From positions 249,726 to 313,725 of the forward strand of contig JANQLX010000002.1 in NCBI GenBank assembly GCA_028280385.1: a stretch of 64,000 nucleotides of DNA, given 5' to 3'. Below the pieces are notes generated by a model. It was not told the DNA's origin, made no database searches, and saw only the letters and a program-made list of their open reading frames with translations. Below are positions 48,301 to 57,275 of the stretch, one piece after another. The first letter of the stretch is position 1. Each line of letters begins with the position of its first letter. The position numbers and the translations under genes were made by a program. Source of the DNA: Allomuricauda sp. (GTDB lineage: Bacteria > Bacteroidota > Bacteroidia > Flavobacteriales > Flavobacteriaceae).

Positions 48301-49125
48301 CTCAACAATGTAAAACAAGAAATCAATGCCCTGATCAACTTTATCAAGGTTGAAAGAATGAGATCGGAACAGGGCATGTCGCCAACAAAATTATCCCTAC
48401 ACTTTGTGTTCCAAGGACCTCCTGGAACCGGTAAAACCACAGTGGCCCGTCTACTCGGACGTATCTTTAAAGCCATGGGCATTATTGGCAAAGGCCATGT
48501 GGTGGAAGTGGACCGTTCCAACCTGATAGGTCAATATGTGGGGCAAACCGCACCCAAGACCAATGAGGTAATCGACTCAGCGCTTAACGGAGTCCTTTTT
48601 ATTGATGAGGCCTATACCTTGAATCCATCTGGGGGCGGCAACGATTTTGGAAGCGAAGCCATAGCCACCCTTCTGAAGCGCATGGAGGATGACCGAGACC
48701 GTTTGATTGTTGTGGTGGCCGGATACCAGCATGATATGGACACTTTTATAAAGTCTAACGCAGGATTACAATCCCGGTTTAACCGCTATCTGGATTTTAC
48801 GGATTATGCCCCGCAGGAGTTGATGCAGATTTTTGAACTGTTCTGCTCATCGAACAATTACTCTTTGGATGAGGCAAGCAGGCATACCCTGGCCAATTTC
48901 TTTACCCAGATATACCAAAACAGGGATGGCAATTTTGGTAATGGTCGCTTGGTACGAAATGTATTTGAAAAGGTAGTGGAAACCCAAGCCAATCGTATTT
49001 CGGGCGAGTCCAATATCAGTAATGAGGCACTGGTGGGCATTATCAATGATGATGTACTCCATGCTTTGTCGCAGTTTTCGGTGCCAAAGAAAGAAGACAG
49101 AAAAGGCATTGGGTTTTTGGATTGA
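45376..49125 (+). CDS. TPR-repeat protein with tandem CbbX/SpoVK-family AAA+ ATPase domains
   Basis: About 17 TPRs; two modules each with GPPGTGKT, FIDEAY and GL(R/Q)SRF; GTG start; no signal peptide. Confidence 0.92.
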   Translation: MISDLINKGIQSYNAGRYDEAISYFSQAAAQDPTNASCYGNLGSCYHMKKDYPQAITHFQKALSLNPNHVPALKSLGNVYFETHKDDNALECYIKAIALEPSDPNTHHYMGVIYANKQIYTKAAESYEKAALLAPKPETYNELANAHFKMFEFDIAAQYFEKAMHLKPSDPLYQNNLKTAQEAQTNFSVDLPKLRSQQFNEKGNSYHRNGEYDQAIFYYQKATLEAPNDPVLQRNLAGSYTAKKNDEGALPAYLRAVEIDPNDGNTYNDLGCCLIRLNRFKEAIDAFYKALAIDPNNTYYRQNIDYARQQDQLSPDQIDALKEANRLNQIGTDLFSQAKYQEALGYYQRAVDLNPKDAILVFNLANALFNLGRQEESLPLLKRSLELDPTNLSTLNLMGNIQTHFKQFDEAIATYQKALSFKEDAEAYNNLGSCYFSMHQYGKAAEFFQKALDLSPDNEIYKTNVQIARSNEKVYSGLPPEVVQEAMAINQQAMNAYNQKDYSLAVTLFAKYLEQLPNDPLGNYNLATAYHAQRAYDASIEYYEKALKLDPKYADAANALGNAFRDKGDNKKAVKAYEKALDLNPSHAATHKDLGFLYFKQDEFKKAIAHYLKASELLPDAHDIHNQLGFCYFKLYGFTKAASYFQKAADLEPGNPTYKDNLNAALAEKEKHGDELDMSDKPSLDEVMKEVNAMIGLGNIKQDIDTLTKFTKIEKLRREKGLSKNPISMHTVFLGPPGTGKTTVARLLGKIYHALGVLSSGHVVEVDRSQLVASFVGQTAQKTNEIIDQALGGILFIDEAYTLNKGDSVDYGVEAIDTLLKRMEDDRDKLMVIVAGYPLPMQNFLEANPGLRSRFNRYFNFMDYKPEELLDIFRLFCSNNSMSIHDDAEQKLFRYFKYLHETKDETFGNARMVRNSFEKIIQAQSLRLSDYGHIPDDVLSTLTLKDVDNALAHDFQETTEESLEEVLAEVEKLVGLNNVKQEINALINFIKVERMRSEQGMSPTKLSLHFVFQGPPGTGKTTVARLLGRIFKAMGIIGKGHVVEVDRSNLIGQYVGQTAPKTNEVIDSALNGVLFIDEAYTLNPSGGGNDFGSEAIATLLKRMEDDRDRLIVVVAGYQHDMDTFIKSNAGLQSRFNRYLDFTDYAPQELMQIFELFCSSNNYSLDEASRHTLANFFTQIYQNRDGNFGNGRLVRNVFEKVVETQANRISGESNISNEALVGIINDDVLHALSQFSVPKKEDRKGIGFLD

Positions 49126-49277
49126 TGACAATCCGCCTACTCTTTAATGGAATGCTTAAAAACCGTCTAAAATACCCGTAAGATAATTATCCATAAACTG
49201 AAAAAGACCATTGGTCAATTGCGGCACTCAAGAACGCATGTAGCTGGTTAGTTTGATTTCATCAAAACGATGGCTAT

Positions 49278-49790
49278 ATGAGACTATTTAAATTCACATT
49301 ACTGATTACCCCTTACCTATTGCTGGGGTGCAAGGATTCCGATTTATCCAACGAATTGTTGGAAACACAAAAAAAGTTGGTGCAAACCGAACAGGTTCTT
49401 TTGAAAACTTTGGATAAAAACAACGCCAATAACAACCTGATACGATTTTATGAGGAAACGGCCCACAATCTTATCCTTTCCAAAAATGACACCTACACCA
49501 TTAGGATAGATGAAACCCAAAAAGGTGACCTACGCTATTCAAGTTGGGCACATCCCAAAACCACAAATCAAAATCCGGATGTTGTCCTTTATGAGGGCAC
49601 AAAAGAAAAGTCAGGGAACTGGGGTGTTTTTAAATACGAGTTTAACCAGGATACCCATACCTATATTGTGGAAACGGTTCCCGTGGGACGGACGTCCAAA
49701 GAGAATCACATCTTCCTGGAAATTAGAAATCGGAACTCCCAGCAATTCTATTCCAAAATGGACGATTTACGCAAGCCTCGGCAGTTCTAG
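49278..49790 (+). CDS. hypothetical lipoprotein
   Basis: Lipobox LLLGC; short coiled coil then a beta domain. Confidence 0.7.
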   Translation: MRLFKFTLLITPYLLLGCKDSDLSNELLETQKKLVQTEQVLLKTLDKNNANNNLIRFYEETAHNLILSKNDTYTIRIDETQKGDLRYSSWAHPKTTNQNPDVVLYEGTKEKSGNWGVFKYEFNQDTHTYIVETVPVGRTSKENHIFLEIRNRNSQQFYSKMDDLRKPRQF

Positions 49791-49800
49791 CCTTACCACT

Positions 49801-50466
49801 TCACTTTTCTGAGTGTCTGATGTACTTTTCTATAACCACCGCCGTGACGATCACCAAGTAAAACTGGCCCATGAGCCCTACCAGTACAGCCGCTTTTTGC
49901 GCTATTGGAATGGCCGGGATTATTTCACCATATCCGATGGTTAAAAGCGTGATATAAGCATAATACAGAATGGCTTCGCTCTTGATCTCAATTTGCTGGG
50001 TTTCCATCAAGGTGCCCTGAAACGCCCCAGGGTGGGTAAGTTCAATCGCCATAAAGAGAAAAAATGCCAAAAAACCCAAAGAGATATATCCGCTCATTAA
50101 CCCCAGGATCACTTTTCTACTGACCAATTTGGCCTTCCAGACCTGATGGATCACATTCCACGAGACCACAATGTAAAACACAAAATAAATCATGAGTCGT
50201 ACCAAGAGATCCCCTTGGGATTCCTGTCTATAGATCATGGAGCTTCCAAAAATGAAAGCGGAAACCACAAAAAGCAGTACAAAGAACCAAGTAAGTTTTT
50301 TGCGTTTGGAAATGATAAGAATCCCAGCCAAAATGCCGGCCAGATACAACAGGGGCAATAAGGTAAATTCGAAGAATTCGCTGGGAAAGAACAATGACCC
50401 GAAAAGAATGGCCAACTGGGTGACCAAGAATATTTCGAACCTGAACTTGTAAAGCTTCTTTACCAT
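49801..50466 (-). CDS. potassium channel family protein (Ion_trans_2)
   Basis: Selectivity filter TLLTIGYGE between two TM helices; extra N-terminal TMs. Confidence 0.88.
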   Translation of the reverse strand: MVKKLYKFRFEIFLVTQLAILFGSLFFPSEFFEFTLLPLLYLAGILAGILIISKRKKLTWFFVLLFVVSAFIFGSSMIYRQESQGDLLVRLMIYFVFYIVVSWNVIHQVWKAKLVSRKVILGLMSGYISLGFLAFFLFMAIELTHPGAFQGTLMETQQIEIKSEAILYYAYITLLTIGYGEIIPAIPIAQKAAVLVGLMGQFYLVIVTAVVIEKYIRHSEK

Positions 50467-51660
50467 TTACACCCCAACATATGTCACCCTATAAATGGCA
50501 TCAGCATAGTCGTCCGAAATCAACATGGAACCGTCCTCCAAGAACAGGATATCCACTGGCCTGCCGAATCGCTCCTGGTTGTCATCGTTGAGCCATCCAT
50601 CAATAAAAGGTTCATAACTGACAGCCTCATTGCCGTTAAGCGTTACCATAGTAATACGATACCCTACTTTGGACGAGCGATTCCAGGAACCGTGCTCCGC
50701 CATAAAGATTTGCCCTTTGTATTGGTCAGGAAAAGCATTACCGGTGTAGAATTTAACCCCGAGCGGTGCCACGTGCGCGCCCAAAGGTTGCACTGGGGGC
50801 ACAAAATTGGCGCAAGGGTTTCCTTCACCAAATTCAGGGTCAACAACACTTCCTCCGTGGCAATGTGGATAGCCAAAATGCTGCCCAATTTCAGAAGCCC
50901 TGTTCAATTCACAAGGAGGAACATCATCACCCATCATATCCCTACCGTTATCTGTAAACCACAGCTCCTGGGTTTCCGGATGCCATGTAAATCCAACAGT
51001 GTTTCGAACTCCCCTGGCATAAATCTCCCTATTACTGCCATCGGGATCCATTCGTGTTATGGTGTTAAAACGTTCATCCTCATCGGTTCGATCACAAATG
51101 TTACAGGGTGCGCCCACAGGAACATACAATTTACCATCCGGTCCGAAAGCGATGTACTTCCAGCCATGGTGGAATTCCGTTGGATAGTCATCATAGATGA
51201 CTTCGGGTTCTGGTGGGTTGGCCAGACTGGACTCTATATTGGAATATTTCAACAATCTGCTGACCTCGGCCACATATAGATCTCCATTTCTAAAGGCCAC
51301 TCCATTGGGAGACTCCAAGCTTTCATCCAATTCTGAGATTTTTTCCGCCCAATGATCTCCATCCAAATCTTGTAGTATGTAAACTTTTCCTTCGTTCCGG
51401 GTTCCAACAAAAAGGGTCCCATCATCTCCGAGGGCCATTGACCGCGCCCCTTCAATTCCTTCGGCAAAAACTTCAATTTTGAACCCAGCTGGCAGATTCA
51501 GGCTATCCAAAAGCAGGTCAGTTTCATGTACCCGTTCCTTGGGTTCGGTGATCACTTGCGCATCGGTCTGGCCGTCTGAATCACCTGGTTTTTGTTTTTT
51601 ACCATTACAGGCAATCAATAATAATCCAAGGGTAAATACCACTAATTTTTTTGATGTCAT
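50467..51660 (-). CDS. glucose/sorbosone dehydrogenase family lipoprotein
   Basis: ATG 51660 gives lipobox LLIAC; HHGWKYIAFGPDG, GVRNTVG, TDNGRD, AEHGSWNRS, GRPVD. Confidence 0.9.
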   Translation of the reverse strand: MTSKKLVVFTLGLLLIACNGKKQKPGDSDGQTDAQVITEPKERVHETDLLLDSLNLPAGFKIEVFAEGIEGARSMALGDDGTLFVGTRNEGKVYILQDLDGDHWAEKISELDESLESPNGVAFRNGDLYVAEVSRLLKYSNIESSLANPPEPEVIYDDYPTEFHHGWKYIAFGPDGKLYVPVGAPCNICDRTDEDERFNTITRMDPDGSNREIYARGVRNTVGFTWHPETQELWFTDNGRDMMGDDVPPCELNRASEIGQHFGYPHCHGGSVVDPEFGEGNPCANFVPPVQPLGAHVAPLGVKFYTGNAFPDQYKGQIFMAEHGSWNRSSKVGYRITMVTLNGNEAVSYEPFIDGWLNDDNQERFGRPVDILFLEDGSMLISDDYADAIYRVTYVGV

Positions 51661-51931
51661 TTTTTGAGGGTTGATATAGTTTATAGATTGACTAAACGTA
51701 TAAAGGTTCTTTATTTTAATGTTTGTGTACGAACAAAAGCGACACTCCCGCCTTGCCAAAATGGGCGAAACCGCTGTCTGCTTAAACCAACTACCGCGGT
51801 AATCTTGGGTGTAAGCTGAAACCATTCGAAAATACGCAAAAAACATGGTTTGGATACGGCTGCTTTTGCTTTTGAACCTATTCAGGCGGTTTGCACCTCC
51901 CATCCTTACAAAAGGATGTGATTTTGGTCAA

Positions 51932-51961
51932 TTTCACGACCGGAGCCGACAGTTTCAGGAC
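51932..51961 (+). promoter_or_regulatory. candidate LytTR-binding direct repeat
   Basis: TTTCACGAC-N12-TTTCAGGAC, i.e. 9-bp repeats with a 12-bp spacer. Confidence 0.55.
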
Positions 51962-52031
51962 AAATACCCGGGACATGGGCGATAGAAATCAAAAAAAAGG
52001 GTCATTTGTGTATTCATCAATCCCAAAAACT

Positions 52032-52541
52032 ATGGACAGAAAAACATTTATAAGAAAAAATATGGTTCTAGGAAGCGCTATCGCACTAACCCCTGGATTG
52101 GCCATAGGCAACCCATTACAAGAGAAAAAGGACCTTTTTACGTCAGAGCTGATTTTGGATTTTGTCTTTGCCGCCCACAAAAGTCTGGAAACCACCAAAA
52201 AGATTTTAGAGGAGCATCCTTTGTTACTGAACTGCACCAGTCAATTTACAAAGGGGGATTTTGAAACCGCCGTTGGCGGTGCTAGTCACATGGGAAGAAA
52301 GGATATTGCCACCTATTTGGTTTCCAAGGGTGCCCGATTGGACATCTTTAATCTCGCTTTTCTGGGCTTCGATGATATTGTCAAACAAATGATCACGGAA
52401 CATCCACATTTGCTATATGCACCGGGACCGCATGGTTTTAACCTGCTCCATCATGCACAAGTGGGCAAACATGCCGAATTGGTGGCTTGGTTGCAATCCA
52501 AGGGACTGAAGAAAGCCCGTTTCGAAGGAGTATTTGGATAG
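52032..52541 (+). CDS. ankyrin-like repeat protein with Tat-like leader
   Basis: MDRKTFIRK leader; GDFETAVGGASHMGRKDIA.YL...GAR and GPHG..LL.HA repeats. ATG 52032. Confidence 0.7.
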   Translation: MDRKTFIRKNMVLGSAIALTPGLAIGNPLQEKKDLFTSELILDFVFAAHKSLETTKKILEEHPLLLNCTSQFTKGDFETAVGGASHMGRKDIATYLVSKGARLDIFNLAFLGFDDIVKQMITEHPHLLYAPGPHGFNLLHHAQVGKHAELVAWLQSKGLKKARFEGVFG

Positions 52542-52621
52542 GCCCATAGGTCTACATCAAAACGGCCGGATGTATTCCATATCTTTGGGATAAAGCGGGT
52601 ACTTACCCCCATGATGGACAG

Positions 52622-53356
52622 ATGAGATTTATTTGGAGCGACAAACGGTTTTATGTGCTTTCCATATTGGCACTCGTGGCCTTTTTTGGGATTACCCTGT
52701 TGCAAAATTATATTCGCTACCAACATCACAATAGTTATAGTATATGGGTTTCCATTGTGTATCTTGCCGTGTCTGTGCTGCTCTTTATACCGGTGATCAT
52801 TCTTACGCTTAGACTGCAAAAACTACTGAAGAAAAAATGGTTTAACAGATATTGGATATGGGTGGGTGTTACCGCCCTCGCCACCTTGGGTCTTTTTTAC
52901 CTTTTTTCAAATGTTGTCCTGCACAGCATAAGGTATTTTGACCATTTTGTAGATAGGGAATACGCCAGATACTACTTTGGGAGGGAGGCGTTATACCATT
53001 TGATATTGATCATAGCCTCATCCGTTTTTGTGTATTTTGCCATACACCAGAAGGAAACCATATTGGTAAACAAAGGAAGGAAACACATCAAGCTTGACAT
53101 AGATCAAGTGCATTGGATCGAGGTGGAAGGACACTATCTTAATTTTTACACTGACACAGAAAGTTATTTAAAACGTGAACGCCTAGGTGTCCTGGCAAAA
53201 CAGTTGGAACCGAACTTTATCCGGATTCATCGAAAATATGTGGTGAACCGCAGTCAAATCAAGTCCATGGAAAAAGACAAAAGGGATGAGTTTTTGGTGT
53301 TGTATTCGGGTAAACGCTTAAAAATTGGGCAATCCTTTAAGCCGATTGTTTGGTAA
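52622..53356 (+). CDS. membrane-anchored LytTR DNA-binding protein
   Basis: 4 TM helices, then WIEVEGHYL...FIRIHRKYVVN...LKIG. Confidence 0.88.
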   Translation: MRFIWSDKRFYVLSILALVAFFGITLLQNYIRYQHHNSYSIWVSIVYLAVSVLLFIPVIILTLRLQKLLKKKWFNRYWIWVGVTALATLGLFYLFSNVVLHSIRYFDHFVDREYARYYFGREALYHLILIIASSVFVYFAIHQKETILVNKGRKHIKLDIDQVHWIEVEGHYLNFYTDTESYLKRERLGVLAKQLEPNFIRIHRKYVVNRSQIKSMEKDKRDEFLVLYSGKRLKIGQSFKPIVW

Positions 53357-53365
53357 CCTAAATCA

Positions 53366-54181
53366 TCATTGACATACGGCACCATTACGCTGAATGGCAT
53401 ACTGCGTATTACCAACCCGCCATTTTCCAGCATTTAAATGGGCCAAATTTATAGGATACGAAGCTCCTTGACCATTGGCGTAAGTCACAGCCAACACTGG
53501 GGCACCCTGGATTTCCTCTACCCTCCAAGTCCCATAACCTCCTCCCTGACTGGCACCATGCACATTACCTCCCCTTCCACCTTGAACGGAATACGAACTA
53601 TCTGAGTTCATATTAAAGGTACCATTGGGGCAAAAATTCACGTAGGTAATGGAGCTGGCTGTATTATCATTAAGAATTGAGGTGCGTTGGTAATACACCA
53701 GTTGACTCCCTGCAATGATATTGAACAGATCCTTAAACTTTCCAGTTGGAGCTGGGGCACCAGCAGGCTGCGAAACCGTTTGCGGCGTAGGGGGCGCCTT
53801 AAAATAGGGAGTCAAATCAACATTTGCCAATTCATGGGTCTCGGAAATTTGAAAATACATTACCGTGTTTCCTTCAGACTCCACGGTAATTCCTCCATCC
53901 ACCGATGTGGATACATATTTAAAAATTCGGTCCCCTCCAAATAACTCTCCTTTTAATACCCCATCCTCCATAACACCTTTATACGCATAAAGTGCGGTTC
54001 CCGTACTCAATACTCCTTGATACTCCCCATCCACATATTTGGTCTGTGCGGATAAGGTTTGGTCCGCACTTAGAAAGGTTCCTATGAATCGTTGGTCTTG
54101 CGCATTTAGAACAATGGTCAATAAGCAAAACAGTAAGAAGAATGACAACGGTCTATTTCTGGTACTTTGGTTTGGTGTCAT
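53366..54181 (-). CDS. secreted hypothetical protein (two beta domains, Pro-rich linker)
   Basis: Signal ending VLNA-Q; linker APPTPQTVSQPAGAPAPT. Confidence 0.7.
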   Translation of the reverse strand: MTPNQSTRNRPLSFFLLFCLLTIVLNAQDQRFIGTFLSADQTLSAQTKYVDGEYQGVLSTGTALYAYKGVMEDGVLKGELFGGDRIFKYVSTSVDGGITVESEGNTVMYFQISETHELANVDLTPYFKAPPTPQTVSQPAGAPAPTGKFKDLFNIIAGSQLVYYQRTSILNDNTASSITYVNFCPNGTFNMNSDSSYSVQGGRGGNVHGASQGGGYGTWRVEEIQGAPVLAVTYANGQGASYPINLAHLNAGKWRVGNTQYAIQRNGAVCQ

Positions 54182-54233
54182 CGGTGGTGGGTTGAATAGT
54201 TGGTTGGTTAGTTGTTCGGTTCGTAGGGTTTAG

Positions 54234-54782
54234 TCACTCCTCTGTGTATTGCTTCACCCCTCCCGTATAGTTTATGGCCTGTCTATGGGTACTGTTAATG
54301 TTGATCATACCATACATGCCTGGAAAAATCCTCGCGGATACTGTATAGGTCTCGGTGTCATTGTCAATGTTAAAGGTGAGTTGGTACCCTTTACTTTTGT
54401 CGTCTTCCTTCCATTCAAAATCCTTAGGGGTTCCTTCAAATTGGATGGCATTGTCCCGATTTCCAAAGCTGGTGATCATTTGCCTTTCCCCATAATAGGG
54501 TAAATAGGCTGATACGCTATCCCCTATTATCCGCAAATATGCGGCATTCCCAATAAGATTGATTCTGCTTACGGTATTTCCTGGAGGTATCAATCCAGCG
54601 TTTGCAATACTGTTCAGACTGTTGGAGAGTATCGGTCTTGCCCATTCGGCATTGATCTCCACTTTACCATTTTCCACCATGGTGTCCAACGCCTGTTTTT
54701 CCACTTCATTGATCTGTTTTGTTTTGGCAGTTCCACATCCCAATAAAATTATCGTGAGGACACCAATGCATACTTTTTTCAT
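54234..54782 (-). CDS. DUF4251 domain lipoprotein
   Basis: Lipobox LLGC; YLRIIGDSVSAYLPYYG...AIQFEG. Confidence 0.8.
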   Translation of the reverse strand: MKKVCIGVLTIILLGCGTAKTKQINEVEKQALDTMVENGKVEINAEWARPILSNSLNSIANAGLIPPGNTVSRINLIGNAAYLRIIGDSVSAYLPYYGERQMITSFGNRDNAIQFEGTPKDFEWKEDDKSKGYQLTFNIDNDTETYTVSARIFPGMYGMININSTHRQAINYTGGVKQYTEE

Positions 54783-55049
54783 AGTTCAAATCTTTTTTAA
54801 AAGATACGAAATTATGTGCGTATATAAGGACTCAAAATCGAGGCAGCTTACTGTTTTAGAGTACTTTAACAGTTGACAACCCCACAGCTACAGCCTTTAG
54901 GGTGTATCGAAACCAAGACATTCCAGCAACTCTTGGTTGCACTAAAGCTTGGGACTGGAAATTTATCGCAACATACATTGCGCCAAGTGGTAATTGATAA
55001 TTGTGTTATTGGGAATAACAGTATATTTACTTGTAACCAACCTCTTTTT

Positions 55050-57275
55050 ATGATTTCAAAGTACCTAAGATTATTCTGTATTGGTACCCTTTTGTCCAGT
55101 ACCATCCTTCACGGACAGATAACGCAGCCCCAGGATTCGTTGGGAGCCCGACCTGAGTTTACTGCCCAAGTTTTGCAACAGGACCCTGTGATTGATGGCG
55201 AAATTATTAACGACCCCATTTGGCAAGCTGTTCCCACCATTGAGAATTTGGTACAGATACGCCCAAATTACGGTCAGCCTGTCTCAGAAAAGACAGTGAT
55301 ACGGGTGGCATTTAGCTCAAGTACCTTTTATGTGGCCGTTGTTTGCCATGACTCCGATCCTGATAAGATTGTGGTATCTGATTCAAGGCGCGATGCTGAT
55401 TTGAACGACGAGGACAGTTTCCTCTTTATCATAGACACCTACCACGACCGACAGAATGGGTTCCTGTTTGGGACCAATGCACAAGGAATGGAATACGATG
55501 CGCAGATAGACAATGAAGGAAAAGGAAATTTTAATGCCAACAGACAGCAAGGTGGTGTAATTGGGGGTACCAATATCAATTGGGATGCTTCTTGGACCGT
55601 AAAAACCCAAATGGGTGATTACGGTTGGAGCGCGGAATTCGCAATTCCTTTGCGGTCCCTCCGATTTGCTTCCGGTGACAATAAAACGTGGGGGCTCAAC
55701 TTTAGAAGGAACATCAGTAAAAATACGGAAACAGCCTATTGGACCACCCTGCCCCTGGGTTTTGATATGAAGCGGCTATCGCTGGCTGGTAAGTTAACGG
55801 GGCTGAGCTTAAGGAATCCTGGCAACCTTAAATTGATTCCCTATGCATTGACCCGCCTGACAAACAACCAAGCGGTGGACCCCAATGAAACGGATACGGA
55901 TTTTGAAGTGGGGGCCGACATCAAATATAGTGTTACGCCAAGTTTGACCCTGGATCTTACCTATAACACAGATTTTGCCCAAGTTGAGGTGGATGACCAA
56001 CAGGTGAATTTGGACAGATTCAATCTGTTCTTTCCTGAAAAAAGAGCATTTTTTCTTGAAAATGCGGGGCAATTTAGTGTAGGTAGCCCAGGGGAGGTCG
56101 ATTTGTTTTTTAGTCGGCGCATTGGTATAGGCGATGATGGTAGTCTTGTGCCCATTATAGGAGGAGCCCGTTTGTCCGGTAAAGTAGGACAGACCAATGT
56201 TGGATTCCTCAGCATGTTCACCGATGATGTGGAAGCTGCGGGCATTGAAAAAAACAACTATACCGTTGGTAGGGTAAACCATGATTTTCAGGGCACCCGC
56301 TCTTCTTTAGGAGGAATTTTTATCAATCGGGCAGGTTTGGGCTCCATGGAGGACGACTACAACCGCGTATTTGCGGTGGATGGCAAATGGGGAATTGGAA
56401 ATAAGGCAGAGGTAACAGGCTTTGCTGCAAAAAGCAGCACTCCCGGCATTGAAGAAAACGACCATGCCTTTAAGTTTCTGGCCAACTACAACTGGAATGG
56501 TTGGGACTTAAGGGCCGGATATACCGAGGTGGGTGAAGGCTTTAATCCCGAAGTGGGTTTTTTACAGCGGACCGCCTTTCGAAAACCAGAATTTTTGATT
56601 TGGAAGGCGCATCGCTTAAAGAATACAGGAAGTCTGTTAGAGATACGCCCACATGTTTCGTACCGTGGTTATTGGAATTTTGATGACCAGTTGATTACAG
56701 GTTTCCTGCATGTGGATAACCATTGGGAGTTCAAAAGTGGATTTGAGATCCATACTGGAATCAACTTTACAACAGAAAGGGTATTGCAAGAATTCACCTT
56801 ATCCAATGTTCCTGTGCCAGTAGGCAATTATAGGAACCAGGAACTCCAATTTGTGCTGATCACCAATCCCAACAACGCCTTTTCTTTAAGTTCCAGAACA
56901 TTTATTGGAGGATATTTCAACGGCGACCGGATTACCAACAGCGGGACCGCAAATTATAGAATTGGAGACCGATTTGTTTCCTCATTGACATTCAGCCATA
57001 GCGATATTAAACTGGATACTGGGAATTTTACGGCCCTCGTAGGTGGGTTGCGTCTGGCCTACTCGTTTACCCCCCGAATGTTCATTCAAAGTTTGATCCA
57101 GAGGAATAATGTATCCGAGATTACCTCGGTAAATGCCAGGTTTGGCTGGTTGCAAAATGCCAATACCGGACTTTTTGTGGTTTTTAATATTGTTAAGGAT
57201 GATAATGAGATGGATCTCCTGAACAACCAGGTGATCACCATTAAGTATACGCATCGTTTTGATGTCTTGAATTAA
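55050..57275 (+). CDS. CBM9-like + DUF5916 outer-membrane protein
   Basis: PVIDGEIINDPIW, WSAEFAIP, YNTDFAQVEVD, LFFPEKRAFFLE, LFFSRRIG; ATG 55050 gives a signal peptide. Confidence 0.88.
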   Translation: MISKYLRLFCIGTLLSSTILHGQITQPQDSLGARPEFTAQVLQQDPVIDGEIINDPIWQAVPTIENLVQIRPNYGQPVSEKTVIRVAFSSSTFYVAVVCHDSDPDKIVVSDSRRDADLNDEDSFLFIIDTYHDRQNGFLFGTNAQGMEYDAQIDNEGKGNFNANRQQGGVIGGTNINWDASWTVKTQMGDYGWSAEFAIPLRSLRFASGDNKTWGLNFRRNISKNTETAYWTTLPLGFDMKRLSLAGKLTGLSLRNPGNLKLIPYALTRLTNNQAVDPNETDTDFEVGADIKYSVTPSLTLDLTYNTDFAQVEVDDQQVNLDRFNLFFPEKRAFFLENAGQFSVGSPGEVDLFFSRRIGIGDDGSLVPIIGGARLSGKVGQTNVGFLSMFTDDVEAAGIEKNNYTVGRVNHDFQGTRSSLGGIFINRAGLGSMEDDYNRVFAVDGKWGIGNKAEVTGFAAKSSTPGIEENDHAFKFLANYNWNGWDLRAGYTEVGEGFNPEVGFLQRTAFRKPEFLIWKAHRLKNTGSLLEIRPHVSYRGYWNFDDQLITGFLHVDNHWEFKSGFEIHTGINFTTERVLQEFTLSNVPVPVGNYRNQELQFVLITNPNNAFSLSSRTFIGGYFNGDRITNSGTANYRIGDRFVSSLTFSHSDIKLDTGNFTALVGGLRLAYSFTPRMFIQSLIQRNNVSEITSVNARFGWLQNANTGLFVVFNIVKDDNEMDLLNNQVITIKYTHRFDVLN

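Noticed and set aside
45376-49125. Calling the TPR-AAA gene eccA (type VII secretion) or cbbX
   Set aside because: No FtsK/EccC, WXG100 or Rubisco genes are in the window, and the tandem-AAA architecture differs from both.
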